From Thermodesulfobacteriota bacterium (GTDB lineage Bacteria; Desulfobacterota_D; UBA1144; Nemesobacterales; Nemesobacteraceae), in assembly GCA_965204795.1 (NCBI GenBank), contig OZ242012.1, positions 206,650 through 270,649 on the forward strand: a DNA stretch of 64,000 nucleotides, in the 5' to 3' direction. Both the position numbers and the translations under genes were made by a program. Below the pieces are notes generated by a model, which saw only the letters and a program-made list of their open reading frames with translations, had not been told where the DNA came from and searched no databases. Shown here one piece after another: positions 26,002 to 34,822 of the stretch; the first letter of the stretch is position 1, and every line of letters starts with the position of its first letter.

Positions 26002-26634
26002 ATGCCCACGCTCGAAGAGCTTGTCCGGGGTTCCGGTCCCTCGGACGAAATAGCGCGCGCCGCCGGGATAGCCCGCGTCGAGTGGGAGAACATCCGCGGT
26101 TCCCTGTCTCTTTGCGGCGACGCGGGGGAATTTCGGGAAGAGGACTTCATGCTGGGGATAATTTCGGACGACGCGATAGCCAGAAACCCCGGGCGGAGTC
26201 CGACCAAGTCCGTCTCGCTTGGCTCGCCGACCTACTATCCGATGTATCTGGTGGACAATCTCCTGGCGTTTTCGGAAAAGTTCCCCGAGAAGAAGTACCG
26301 GACCACGGAGGCCCTCTACGTGTACGTGGAGCTTGTGACGAAGGCGGCCGCCCGGCTCGGGCTCGAGGGAAACCTGGGGATGGGGTTCGCCTGCGGCTAC
26401 TCGAACGCGAGAACGGGCTGGGTCGCGGAGAAGGGACTGGCCGAGCAGAGCGCGGTTTTTCGCGATATGTTCTTCTCGCAGAGACCCGAGGGCCACGACT
26501 GGGATTTTCACTGGACTTCCGTCCGCCGCGACCTTCGGAAAGTTTACGACAGGTTCGTTCTCTGGAGGGACCGCCCCGACATCCGCTTCGAGGAGTCGAA
26601 ATCCTCCGCGACGGTAAAACCCTTCATCGTCTAG
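26002..26634 (+). CDS. hypothetical protein
   Basis: About 210 aa with no recognised motifs. An alternative upstream ATG lies at 25966. Confidence 0.45.
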   Translation: MPTLEELVRGSGPSDEIARAAGIARVEWENIRGSLSLCGDAGEFREEDFMLGIISDDAIARNPGRSPTKSVSLGSPTYYPMYLVDNLLAFSEKFPEKKYRTTEALYVYVELVTKAAARLGLEGNLGMGFACGYSNARTGWVAEKGLAEQSAVFRDMFFSQRPEGHDWDFHWTSVRRDLRKVYDRFVLWRDRPDIRFEESKSSATVKPFIV

Positions 26635-26689
26635 CCCCGCTCGCTCGCCGGCTTCGGGGAAGGAAACGGCCGCCGCCCGGCGCTTCGGT

Positions 26690-27031
26690 TCACCCGAACG
26701 TTTCGCGCATGCGGACGACCGCGTTTTTCAGGGAATCCAGGTCTTTTGCGCATGTTTCCCATATCACGTCGACCCCGACCTGGTGATATCGGTGTCGGAG
26801 AATGTTTCCCAGTCCCGCGAGCTTGCCCCACTCGACTTCCCGTTCTTGCCGCTTGAGTTCGTCGGGAAGCCTGCGGCTGGCCTCGGACAGAATTTCCAGA
26901 TTCCGTTCGACCAGCTGGCGTGCCCGCCTGTCTTTTCGGAAGCTCTCGAAATCGTGGCCATCGATGTCGGCTCTTATGTTCTCCACGGCTTCCAGGATGT
27001 GGTCCGCCGCCGAAGAGGGATCTTTGGCCAT
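26690..27031 (-). CDS. hepT: HepT-family (DUF86) RNase toxin
   Basis: ...LAGLGNILRHRYHQVGVDVIWETCAKDLDSLKNAV carries the R-x4-H-x-Y-type HepT catalytic motif region. Immediately downstream of the mntA-like gene. Confidence 0.82.
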   Translation of the reverse strand: MAKDPSSAADHILEAVENIRADIDGHDFESFRKDRRARQLVERNLEILSEASRRLPDELKRQEREVEWGKLAGLGNILRHRYHQVGVDVIWETCAKDLDSLKNAVVRMRETFG

Positions 27032-27032
27032 G

Positions 27033-27467
27033 TCAGAAAATCTTCTCCGCTTCTTTCAGTATGCCTTCCTTCATTTTCGGATCAAGTCCTTCCCGCATCG
27101 CGACGTCCGCCTCGCGCCGAAGACCGTCTTCGAGGATATTCTTCACTCCGACCAGGTTGAGCAGAGTGAAGCGGGCCCGCGGGTCGACGTCGATGAGAAC
27201 GTCCACGTCGCTTTCCGGACCGGTCTCGCCGCGAACGACCGACCCGAACAGACTGAGGGAACTGACTCCTTCTTCGCGAAGCGGTTTTTCCAGAGACAGT
27301 ATCCGTCTGCGTATTTCGGCCTTCGAGGCGGACCCGGCCGGTCGTCCGTCCCCGCCGAACAGGAGCCTCAGGGCCTCGCGCACCACTTCGCTCGAGCTGT
27401 TGTAAAGCCCGGACGAGACTTTCTCGCGAATCATCTTCTCCAGCTCGGGAGTCAGAGAAACATTCAT
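27033..27467 (-). CDS. mntA: MntA-type minimal nucleotidyltransferase antitoxin with N-terminal ParD-like ribbon-helix-helix domain
   Basis: The N-terminus LTPELEKMIREKVSSGLYNSSSEVVREALRLL is the ParD/RHH signature. The C-terminus LSLFGSVVRGETGPESDVDVLIDV carries the GS-x9-DxD nucleotidyltransferase motif. GGAGG lies 9 nt upstream of the ATG at 27467. Confidence 0.8.
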   Translation of the reverse strand: MNVSLTPELEKMIREKVSSGLYNSSSEVVREALRLLFGGDGRPAGSASKAEIRRRILSLEKPLREEGVSSLSLFGSVVRGETGPESDVDVLIDVDPRARFTLLNLVGVKNILEDGLRREADVAMREGLDPKMKEGILKEAEKIF

Positions 27468-27503
27468 GAACCTGCGCCTCCGCGGAGAAAAAAATACGCT
27501 TTA

Positions 27504-27518
27504 TGACAAGCTTTGTCA
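27504..27518 (+). promoter_or_regulatory. palindrome TGACAA-gct-TTGTCA overlapping the -35 (TTGACA) of the mntA-hepT promoter; candidate RHH operator
   Basis: On the minus strand the region reads TTGACAAAGCTTGTCA-N-TATTTT, with a 17-nt spacer between TTGACA and TATTTT. It sits 37-50 nt upstream of the mntA ATG. Confidence 0.4.
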
Positions 27519-27587
27519 ATTTTTGCTATGATTTCGGTAAAGACGCCCGGCCGGCGGGAGTCCGGTCCGTTTCGCGGGGAATTCCCG

Positions 27588-28967
27588 CTAGACGAACCCT
27601 TCTTCGAATTCGTCCGACGGGTTCTCGAAGCTGGGAACCCCGTTTCGCTCGAGAAAAACGAGCTTCACCACTCCCTGGGGCCCGTTTCTCTGCTTTCCGA
27701 TTATGAGTTCCGCCGTTCCGTCCTTTTCCTCCGGGTCCTTTCTGTATATGTCCTGGCGGTGAATGAACAGAACGACGTCGGCGTCCTGCTCTATCGCCCC
27801 GCTTTCCCTCAGGTCGGCCAGCTGGGGTCTCCGGTCGGTTCTGGTCTCGGTCTGGCGGCTGAGCTGCGAGATGGCTATGACGGGGATGGACAGCTCCTTG
27901 GCCAGCGCCTTGAGGGAGCCCGATATCTCCGCTATCTCCCTCTCCCTCGACTCGTTTCTCGAGCCGCCGCCCCTCATGAGCTGCAGGTAGTCGACGATCA
28001 GCAGGTCGAGGCTGTTGTCCTTTTTGAGTCTTCTGGCCTTGGCCCGTATCTCCATGACGGTGAGCGCCGGCGTGTCGTCTATGAATATGTCCGCCCCGGA
28101 GTAGCGTTCGGCGGAATCGAAGAGCCTGTCGAGCTCCTCGTCTCTCATGTGGCCGCTTCTCATCGCCGAGAAGCTCACCTTCGAGTTTATGGAAAGAAGC
28201 CTCAACATCAGCTGCTCCTTGGTCATCTCCAGGGAGAACATGCCGACGGAGAGTCCCTCGCCGAGCGCGACGTTGCTTATTACGTTGAGACACAGCGAGG
28301 TCTTTCCCGCCCCCGGCCGCGCGGCGACGATCACGAGGTCCGAGTTCTGAAGGCCGGAGGTCATGTGGTCGAGCTTTTCGAACCCCGTCCTCACGCCCGT
28401 TATGAGCTCCTTTCTGTCGTGCAGCCGCCTGATGTTCTCTATGGCTTCCGGCGCGAGGTCCTTCGAATGCCAGAAGCTTCTCTTTATCTTGTCCTGCGCT
28501 ATCTCGAAGATCGACTGCTCGGCGCGGTCGAGAAACTCGTCCACGTCGAGGTCGGCTCCGTGGCCCCTGTGCGCTATGTCCGTCCCGGCGAGTATGAGCT
28601 TGCGCAGAACCGACTTGTTCTTCACTATCTGGGCGTAGTGGCGCACGTTGCGCGCCGTCGGCACGGTGGACGTGAGATAGGCCAGGTAGGCCGCGCCGCC
28701 CACGTCCTCGACGGTTCCCTCCGAGTCCATCCACTCGTATAGCGTGAGAACGTCTATGGGGCTGTCCTTCTTGTAGAGCTCCATCATGGAGGACAGTATC
28801 TTGGAGTGGTTCTCGTTGTGAAAGTCCTCCGCCACGAGCATCTCGGCGACGTGGTTCATGGAGGAGTTCTCTATCAGTATCGAGCCCAGGACCGCTCTTT
28901 CGGCTTCCTCGCTCGAGGGAAGCGGGGCCTTGGCGAGGCTTTCCATGTTCCGCTCGCGTCCGCTCAT
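27588..28967 (-). CDS. dnaB: replicative DNA helicase DnaB
   Basis: Walker A ARPGAGKTSLCLN, Walker B LLIVDYLQLM, the arginine finger region, and the N-terminal domain AERAVLGSIL. The ATG at 28967 overlaps the upstream stop (ATGA); ATG 28946 is an alternative. The 27588-30311 track ORF is an artefactual fusion. Confidence 0.92.
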   Translation of the reverse strand: MSGRERNMESLAKAPLPSSEEAERAVLGSILIENSSMNHVAEMLVAEDFHNENHSKILSSMMELYKKDSPIDVLTLYEWMDSEGTVEDVGGAAYLAYLTSTVPTARNVRHYAQIVKNKSVLRKLILAGTDIAHRGHGADLDVDEFLDRAEQSIFEIAQDKIKRSFWHSKDLAPEAIENIRRLHDRKELITGVRTGFEKLDHMTSGLQNSDLVIVAARPGAGKTSLCLNVISNVALGEGLSVGMFSLEMTKEQLMLRLLSINSKVSFSAMRSGHMRDEELDRLFDSAERYSGADIFIDDTPALTVMEIRAKARRLKKDNSLDLLIVDYLQLMRGGGSRNESREREIAEISGSLKALAKELSIPVIAISQLSRQTETRTDRRPQLADLRESGAIEQDADVVLFIHRQDIYRKDPEEKDGTAELIIGKQRNGPQGVVKLVFLERNGVPSFENPSDEFEEGFV

Positions 28968-30292
28968 TTTCCTATGAGAACTATTCCTATGTCCATCACG
29001 TTGGTTCCCGTGCTGCCGGTCTTTACCAGGTCTCCCAGCTTCTCGAAAAAAGTGTAGGAATCGTTGTCGGCGAGATGGTCCCTCGCGCTTATCCCCATGG
29101 CCCTGGCCGCCAGGCGCGACTGCCCGTCGCACACTGCTCCGGCGGCGTCTGTGGGGCCGTCTATGCCGTCGGTTCCGGCGAAAAGCCCCACCATGTCGCT
29201 CGTCCCTATTATCTCGAAGCAGAACGAAAGGGCGGTCTCGGTGTTTCTCCCCCCCCTGCCCCTGCCGAGCACGTTCACCGTGGTCTCCCCTCCGAAAAGT
29301 ATGCAGGCGGGCTTTTCGACGGGCCGGCCGAACCTGCGGACGTCGAAGCAGATTCCGGCGAGCGCCTTGGCCACCTCCCTGGCCTCCCCCGAGATCTGGG
29401 AGGAGAGAAAGAGGGTGTTGTACCCCATCTGCGCCGCCGCCGTCTCGGCCGACGCTATGGCCTTGCGGTTGCTTCCGACGACGACGGTCACGGCCCCGCT
29501 TTCGAGAAACCTCTCGCGCGTTATGTGGTCGGGAATCTCGTTTCTTCTTCCCTTCTCCAGGTGCACGACCACCCTCGGGGGAATCCTGTGCTCGAGCCCG
29601 AGCGCCTCGATCACTCGCCACGCGTCCTCGAACGTCGTGGTGTCGGGAACCGTGGGACCCGAGGCTATGAACTCCGGGCGGTCTCCGACCACGTCCGACA
29701 GAATCAGGGTGACCACCCGGGAGGGAAGGGCCTTTTCGAGAAGTCCCCCGCCCTTTATCCGCGACATCTTCTTTCTCACGGTGTTGAGGCCGTAGGTGTC
29801 CACCCCGGAGAGCATGAGCTTTTCCGTGACGGCCCGCTTGTCCTCTACGGTGAGTCCCTCGCGCGGCATGGCGAGCATGGAGCTTCCGCCCCCGGAGATC
29901 AGGAATATCACCAGGTCCCGCTTCCCCGACTTTTCTAGAAGGGAGACGGCTTTTTCGGCGGCCGCCACGCTTCTTTCGTCCGGCGCGGGATGGGAGGAGA
30001 GGTGAAACTCCATCCTGCGGAAGGGGGTTTCGGGTTCGACGTTCGAGACCACGAGTCCCCGCGTCACGAAGTCTCCGAGAAGCTCCTCGAGCGCCCCGGC
30101 CATGGCCGGGGCCGCCTTTCCGAACGCGACCGCGTACACCGACTCGAAATCCTCGAGATCGAAGACGGCGTCGGCGACGAAAAGCCTGCTTCCCCGAAGC
30201 TCGAGACGCTCGAGGACGCATTTTCTCGGGTCGGCCTCCTCCAGCGCCCTGTCGAAAAGCTCCCTGGCGTCCTTTCTCAGTTTCTCTCGCAT
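28964..30292 (-). CDS. glycerate kinase (MOFRL / GckA-TtuD family)
   Basis: 443 aa. ...VAFGKAAPAMA...ISGGGSSMLAMP...VGSNRKA...LFGGETTVNVLG.GRGGRNTE are MOFRL family motifs. Confidence 0.82.
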   Translation of the reverse strand: MREKLRKDARELFDRALEEADPRKCVLERLELRGSRLFVADAVFDLEDFESVYAVAFGKAAPAMAGALEELLGDFVTRGLVVSNVEPETPFRRMEFHLSSHPAPDERSVAAAEKAVSLLEKSGKRDLVIFLISGGGSSMLAMPREGLTVEDKRAVTEKLMLSGVDTYGLNTVRKKMSRIKGGGLLEKALPSRVVTLILSDVVGDRPEFIASGPTVPDTTTFEDAWRVIEALGLEHRIPPRVVVHLEKGRRNEIPDHITRERFLESGAVTVVVGSNRKAIASAETAAAQMGYNTLFLSSQISGEAREVAKALAGICFDVRRFGRPVEKPACILFGGETTVNVLGRGRGGRNTETALSFCFEIIGTSDMVGLFAGTDGIDGPTDAAGAVCDGQSRLAARAMGISARDHLADNDSYTFFEKLGDLVKTGSTGTNVMDIGIVLIGK

Positions 30293-30312
30293 GGGCCTCC
30301 GCGCTCGGCAAG

Positions 30313-30786
30313 TCAGCTTTTTTCGATCTCCTCCACTATCCGGTCGACTTTCGGCTTCGTCAGGTTTTCGTGCAGGGTGTCGTCCACGAGCATCGCGGGC
30401 GCGGTGCCGCACGAGGCCAGGCACTCGGCCTCCATCAGGGTTATCTTTCCGTCGGCCGTGGTCTCTCCCGTCTTCACGCCGAGTCGCTCGCACAGGTGAT
30501 GCTCGAGGTGCTCGGCCCCGCGAAGCGCGCACGAAAGCGTCCGGCAGAGCCAGATCACGTGCCGGCCCGCGGGCTCGGTGAAGAACATCGTGTAGAAAGT
30601 CGCCACGTTCCGGACCGAGGAGGGGGGAATCTCGAGCAGCCGCGCCACCTCCTCCATGGACTCGGCCGAAAGCCAGCCGAACTCCTTCTGAACTTCCCGA
30701 AGCGCGGGAATGAGGGACGAGAGCCTCGTTTCGTGCTCCCGGGCCATGTCCAGTATTCTGCTTCTTAGGTCTTCGGAAAAGGGCAA
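30313..30786 (-). CDS. nuoE: NuoE-like thioredoxin-fold [2Fe-2S] protein (NADH-quinone oxidoreductase subunit E family), orphan
   Basis: ALREVQKEFGWLSAESMEEVARLLEIPPSSVRNVATFYTMFF...HVIWLCRTLSCALRGAEH...LEAECLASCGTAP carries the four Cys of the NuoE/HoxF-N cluster. No other nuo genes are adjacent. Confidence 0.82.
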   Translation of the reverse strand: MPFSEDLRSRILDMAREHETRLSSLIPALREVQKEFGWLSAESMEEVARLLEIPPSSVRNVATFYTMFFTEPAGRHVIWLCRTLSCALRGAEHLEHHLCERLGVKTGETTADGKITLMEAECLASCGTAPAMLVDDTLHENLTKPKVDRIVEEIEKS

Positions 30787-30951
30787 CCTGGGTCTCCTCG
30801 AGGGCGGCGAAGCCGGAAGTTAAAGCTAACACCATTTGCCCCGCCGTTCAAGGCGGGTTTCTTTCCCCGCGGCCCCCGCCCGGCGGCGTTTTTCCGCCTC
30901 CGCGCCCGCCGAGCGATTGAAGCCGCCGAAGAGGCGGTTAAAATTTCCGCG

Positions 30952-31524
30952 ATGGCCAGAAGAAGGATAACCAGGGTGTACACGCGCGGGGGGGACGAAG
31001 GAAAAACCTCCCTGGTCGGGGGGACGAGGACGAGGAAGTCGTCTCCGAGGGTCGAGGCGTACGGAGAGGTCGACGAGCTGAATTCCGCCGTGGGGGCCGC
31101 GGCCTGCGCGGCGCGCGACCCGCGCATGGGAAAAATCCTCCTGGGCGTGCAGAACGACCTTTTCATCGTGGGAAGCGACCTGGCGGCGCCGAGGGAGGAG
31201 GAAATTTCCGCGCCCAGGGTCACGGGGGAGATGTGCGCCGCTCTTGAGAGGACGATAGACGGGTTCGTGGCGGAAACGGGAGATCTCAGGGAATTCATCC
31301 TTCCCGGGGGAAGCGAGGGGGCGGCGCGCCTTCACCTGGCGCGCGCGGTGTGCAGGAGGGCGGAGCGGCGAGTCGAGGCCCTTTTCGGAAGCTCGCCCGG
31401 GGGGCGGGACGTGCTGGTCTACCTCAACAGGCTCTCGGACCTTCTTTTCGTTCTGGCCAGGGCGGAGAACCGCGCGGCGGGAACCGGGGAGGTTTTCGCG
31501 GACTTCGGGGAGAAGGACGGATGA
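30952..31524 (+). CDS. PduO-type ATP:cob(I)alamin adenosyltransferase
   Basis: ITRVYTRGGDEGKTSL...RVEAYGEVDELNSAVG...QNDLF is the PduO-family signature. Confidence 0.85.
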   Translation: MARRRITRVYTRGGDEGKTSLVGGTRTRKSSPRVEAYGEVDELNSAVGAAACAARDPRMGKILLGVQNDLFIVGSDLAAPREEEISAPRVTGEMCAALERTIDGFVAETGDLREFILPGGSEGAARLHLARAVCRRAERRVEALFGSSPGGRDVLVYLNRLSDLLFVLARAENRAAGTGEVFADFGEKDG

Positions 31525-32162
31525 GCGGGACCGGCGCGCCGATAACGGACCCGCAGATCGAGGACTACATGTCTTCGCTCTATCCCCGCGTCCCGGAGGT
31601 GCTGCGCGACATGGAGAAGCGGGCCGAAGGAAGCGACGTCAGGATAGTCGGGCCGCTTGTGGGAAGGTTCCTGGCCTGGATGTGCCTGGTCTCGAAACCC
31701 CGGAGCGTTTTCGAGATGGGCTCGGGCTTCGGCTACTCCGCTCTGTGGTTCGCGCTTTCGCTGGACGCGGGGTGCTCGGTCACGTGCACCGACACGAGCC
31801 CGCGAAACGCCGAACTCGCCGGGGACTATTTCGCCCGGGCGGGAGAGTCGGAGAAGCTCGAGTTCATCGTCGGCGACGCGCTGGAGGCTCTTGAGAATTC
31901 CGCCCGCGGATTCGATATTATATTCAACGACGTCGACAAGGAGCTCTACCCCCGCGCGCTTTCCGTCGCGCGGGAAAAGCTCGCTCCGGGAGGTATCCTG
32001 ATAACCGACAACGCGTTTTGGCACGGAAGGGTCGTCCGCGACGACGGTTCGGAGAGCGCCAGGGGGGTCGCGGAGTTTAACCGCGCGGTCTTTTCCGACC
32101 CGGGGTTCGTCTCATCGGTCGTTCCCCTGCGGGACGGACTCGTGCTGAGCCTGAGAGTATAG
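31521..32162 (+). CDS. class I SAM-dependent O-methyltransferase (caffeoyl-CoA OMT-like)
   Basis: ATG overlaps the upstream stop (ATGA). Motifs VFEMGSGFGYSALWFA...FDIIFNDVDKELYP...LAPGGILITDNAFWHG. Confidence 0.78.
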   Translation: MSGTGAPITDPQIEDYMSSLYPRVPEVLRDMEKRAEGSDVRIVGPLVGRFLAWMCLVSKPRSVFEMGSGFGYSALWFALSLDAGCSVTCTDTSPRNAELAGDYFARAGESEKLEFIVGDALEALENSARGFDIIFNDVDKELYPRALSVAREKLAPGGILITDNAFWHGRVVRDDGSESARGVAEFNRAVFSDPGFVSSVVPLRDGLVLSLRV

Positions 32163-32172
32163 GAGGAAAGTC

Positions 32173-34800
32173 ATGTCAGATGTTTCGCCAACCGACGAAG
32201 CCGCAAAAAAGCGTCTCGTGGACTTTTTCTTCGAGTCCTACGAGGGACTGCGCGAGAAGCACTACGCCAGGAGAAGGAAGAACAAGGCTCTCATAGGCTT
32301 TGAGCTGGCGGGCCGGCGCTCCGACGTCGTGGACGAACTCATAAGGAGAGCGCTCGCCGAGTACGGCTACCCCCGGCTCGCCGGAGTCTCGGTGGTCGCC
32401 CTCGGGGGCTACGGCAGGAGGGAGCTTTGCCCCTACTCCGACATAGACCTTCTTTTTCTCTACGCCGACGGTTCCAAGGACCTGGCCGAGGAGGTGATAG
32501 AGAGGCTTCTCTACCTGCTCTGGGACCTTCGGCTGGACATCGGAAACTGCATGAGAAGCGTCGGGGAGTGCGCCGAGCTCTCCATGGACAGAAGCGACAC
32601 GACCATACTGAGCTCGCTTCTCGACGGCAGGTTCGTCTGCGGCGACGAGGGTCTTTACGCCGAGCTCGAAAAGGAGATATACGGCGAGGTGCTTCCCAAG
32701 ATATCGGGCGATTTCGTCAAGAGAAAGATCGAGGAGCGGGAGCGGCAGGCGGAAAAGCACGGGCAGACCCTCTACCTGCTCGAACCGAACGTGAAGGAGG
32801 GCAAGGGAGGGCTTCGCGAATTCCAGACGGCCATGTGGATAGCGCAGGCCAACTACAAGGCGGGAAGTTTCGAGGAGGTGCTCCACAGGGGGTTCGTCTC
32901 GGACAAGGAATACAGGGTTCTGCGCAAGTGCCTGAACTTCCTGCTGCTCGTGCGCGCCGAGATTCACTACCAGGCCGGGAGAAGACAGGACAACCTGAGC
33001 TTCGAGTTCCAGCAGGCCGCCGCCGGGTCCTTCGGCTACAAGGACGGAACTCTCCGCGCAGTGGAGAAGTTCATGAGAATCTACTATCTTCGCGCCGCGG
33101 TCGTCACCCAGCAGTCGAGAAGGGTGATAGAGAAATGCACCAGAAGCTACGCGCGGAAGAGAACCGCCAGAAAGACTGTCCATCTCGACCACGGGTTCAC
33201 CGTGCAGGGCGACCGGCTTTCGGTCACCAGCCGCAACGTTTTCAAAGAGGACGTGTGCAACTTCGTGCGCGCGTTCGAGTACGCCGACCGCCACGGCATC
33301 GAGTTCAGCGAGCACATGGAGTTTCTCATGAGCGAGCAGGTCACGCTCATAGACGAGAAGGTGAGAAACGACCCCGGGTTCAACACGATATTCAAGAGGC
33401 TGCTCCGGTTCGGAAAGAACGTCTCGAAGATGCTTTTCAAGATGAACGACATACGCCTGCTCGGCCGCTTAGTTCCCGAGTTCGGAAAGATAGTCTGCAT
33501 GGTGCAGTTCAACTCCTACCACATCTACACCGTGGACATCCATTCCATATTCATGGTGAGGGAGATAGAGATGCTGACGGGCTACGAGTACGAAAAGGAG
33601 TTCCCGTTTCTCACCAAGGTGGCCGAGAGCCTGGTGAAAAAGCACGTCCTTTTCCTGGCCTGCCTTTTCCACGACATGGGAAAGGGACGGGGCGGAAGCC
33701 ACGCCCAGAAGGGAGCCGCCATGATTCCCAAGATAGCGGGGAGGATGGGACTCTCGGAGTCCGACGCCGAGCAGCTGGAGTTTCTGGTGAGGCACCATCT
33801 GGCCATGGTTCACTTCTCGCAGAGAAGGGACATATCGGACCCGGTGGTAATAAAGCGGTTCGCGAAGTCGTTCCAGGACGAGGAGACCCTCTCGCTTCTC
33901 TACCTGCTCACCTTCGCCGACATAAGGTCGGTCGGTCCCGACGCGTGGACCGACTGGACGGGAATCCTGCTCCAGGAGCTCTACATAAGGACCCTTCGGG
34001 AAATGTCCGGGGAGACCTACAGGAAGAGCACCGACGAGGAGAGGGTGGAGAGGATGACGCGGGACGTCGCGGCGTCCGTGGAGGGAGACGTCGACGCGCG
34101 GGCGGCCGAAAGGATACTCTCGAAGATGCCCGTTTCCTACTTCCGGGGATTCTCGAAGACGAGCGTCGCGCGCCACGTGAGATTCCTCGCCGGTCTCCAA
34201 AGGGAGTTCGGAATGGAAGTCGTCCACTACCAGGGCTACTCGGAGGTGACGGTGGTCGCTCCCGACAGCAAGGGGATATTTTCCGTGTTCTGCGGGGTTC
34301 TGAGCGCCAACGGGCTCAACATTCTCGGAGCCAGGATCGTGACCACCCTCGACGGAAAGGCCTTCGACACCTTCTACGTGGAAAAGGTCGACCACTCCCT
34401 GCCCGAAGAGGACGAGGAGACGTGGGACAAGGTCCGGGCGAGCCTCGAGACGGTGCTCGAGGGAGACGTCGAGGTCGACGAGCTCGTGGAGAAGAGAAAG
34501 AGAAACTACCGCTCCTACGGAATGAAGGTGCCGGAGTATCCTCCCGAGATCGCGTTCGACGACGAATCCTCCGAAGCGGCGACGGTGATAGAGGTCTACG
34601 CCAACGACAGGGTGGGGCTTCTCTACGACGTCACCAGGACCATCTCCGAACTGGGGCTCTCCGTCGACTACGCCAAGATTTCCACCAGGGCGGACCAGGT
34701 GGCCGACGCGTTCTACGTGCGCGACTCGGAGGGACGCAAGGTGACCGACCCCGGGAAGCTCGAAAAGATAGAGACGGCCCTCGTGGCGGCGGTGAGCTGA
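32173..34800 (+). CDS. glnD: [protein-PII] uridylyltransferase / uridylyl-removing enzyme GlnD
   Basis: 875 aa. A nucleotidyltransferase domain (GGYGRRELCPYSDIDLLFL), an HD domain (HYQAGRRQDNL...LFHDMGKG), and two C-terminal ACT domains. Confidence 0.9.
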   Translation: MSDVSPTDEAAKKRLVDFFFESYEGLREKHYARRRKNKALIGFELAGRRSDVVDELIRRALAEYGYPRLAGVSVVALGGYGRRELCPYSDIDLLFLYADGSKDLAEEVIERLLYLLWDLRLDIGNCMRSVGECAELSMDRSDTTILSSLLDGRFVCGDEGLYAELEKEIYGEVLPKISGDFVKRKIEERERQAEKHGQTLYLLEPNVKEGKGGLREFQTAMWIAQANYKAGSFEEVLHRGFVSDKEYRVLRKCLNFLLLVRAEIHYQAGRRQDNLSFEFQQAAAGSFGYKDGTLRAVEKFMRIYYLRAAVVTQQSRRVIEKCTRSYARKRTARKTVHLDHGFTVQGDRLSVTSRNVFKEDVCNFVRAFEYADRHGIEFSEHMEFLMSEQVTLIDEKVRNDPGFNTIFKRLLRFGKNVSKMLFKMNDIRLLGRLVPEFGKIVCMVQFNSYHIYTVDIHSIFMVREIEMLTGYEYEKEFPFLTKVAESLVKKHVLFLACLFHDMGKGRGGSHAQKGAAMIPKIAGRMGLSESDAEQLEFLVRHHLAMVHFSQRRDISDPVVIKRFAKSFQDEETLSLLYLLTFADIRSVGPDAWTDWTGILLQELYIRTLREMSGETYRKSTDEERVERMTRDVAASVEGDVDARAAERILSKMPVSYFRGFSKTSVARHVRFLAGLQREFGMEVVHYQGYSEVTVVAPDSKGIFSVFCGVLSANGLNILGARIVTTLDGKAFDTFYVEKVDHSLPEEDEETWDKVRASLETVLEGDVEVDELVEKRKRNYRSYGMKVPEYPPEIAFDDESSEAATVIEVYANDRVGLLYDVTRTISELGLSVDYAKISTRADQVADAFYVRDSEGRKVTDPGKLEKIETALVAAVS

Positions 34801-34822
34801 GGGGCGGGGCGGGGAGCTTTGC

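Noticed and set aside
28968-30311. Upstream 450 codons of the 907-aa track ORF 27588-30311(-), fused to dnaB
   Set aside because: This is the out-of-frame shadow of the glycerate-kinase gene. dnaB starts at 28967 with an ATGA overlap.
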